Assembly: GCF_001194135.2 (NCBI RefSeq)
Contig: NC_068991.1
Coordinates: 78,340,545-78,404,544, forward strand
Direction: 5' to 3'
Length of the DNA stretch: 64,000 nt
From: Octopus bimaculoides
Taxonomy: Eukaryota
The notes beneath the pieces were generated by a model. The model was not told the DNA's origin. It ran no database searches and worked only from the letters and a program-made list of their open reading frames with translations. Below, one piece after another: positions 63,691-64,000 of this stretch. The translations under genes were made by a program, and so were the position numbers. The number at the start of each line of letters is the position of its first letter. Position 1 is the first letter of the stretch.

Positions 63691-64000
63691 TACACCAGAA
63701 CTGAAGACGAGGTGGTCACCGTTGGAACATTGCTTAAAAGATTAACGCGGTCTGTGGATCATAAATAGCATCATGGTACTTATTTCATAAACGCTCGGGA
63801 ATTTGAATGGATTAACGGATCCTACATAACTGGACTTCTCTTAGACTTATTTTTCTTCTAATGATGGGCCTTTGCGCCTGAAATATAAAGGGTTGATTAA
63901 ACTTTCCGCAATGTCAGAAGTTGTCTATTTGCCCTCTTTCTATATTCTTCAATATTACAATGTTTCAAGCGAACTACAACGCTCTTATATATATATATAT

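Overview
AT-rich, microsatellite- and SINE-rich eukaryotic draft scaffold with eight N gaps. The repeat content looks like an Octopus/cephalopod genome (inference). Almost all ORF-track entries are artefacts of gaps, microsatellites or antisense frames; the real genes only appear after manual splicing. Three multi-exon genes can be rebuilt with consistent GT-AG phases: (1) a lark/RBM4-like single-RRM RNA-binding protein with a long R/D/M/G/Y low-complexity tail (+, CDS 11268 to about 28952); (2) VTI1B Qb-SNARE (+, 7 exons, 37048-47119, 217 aa); (3) EFCAB2/DRC8 EF-hand protein (-, 6 exons, 59069-50788, 171 aa). A fourth, unrecognised lysine-rich coding unit (-, 7316-5951) sits head-to-head with the RBM4-like gene across a compact CCAAT/CRE/YY1 promoter. 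Mobile DNA includes RTE LINE 3' ends, two abundant tRNA-headed SINE families, a Penelope-like GIY-YIG remnant, Tc1/mariner and pogo remnants, hAT MITEs and large fold-back palindromes. The best leads are a cluster of stop-containing cassette or terminal exon candidates in the TE-poor third intron of the RBM4-like gene, the head-to-head small gene, a 28-bp perfect palindrome with an 8-bp TSD, an RFX X-box containing the EFCAB2 start codon, and telomeric repeats inside a hAT MITE. I found no clear-cut wholly new multi-gene system. All findings were made by eye and need RNA-seq or homology checks.
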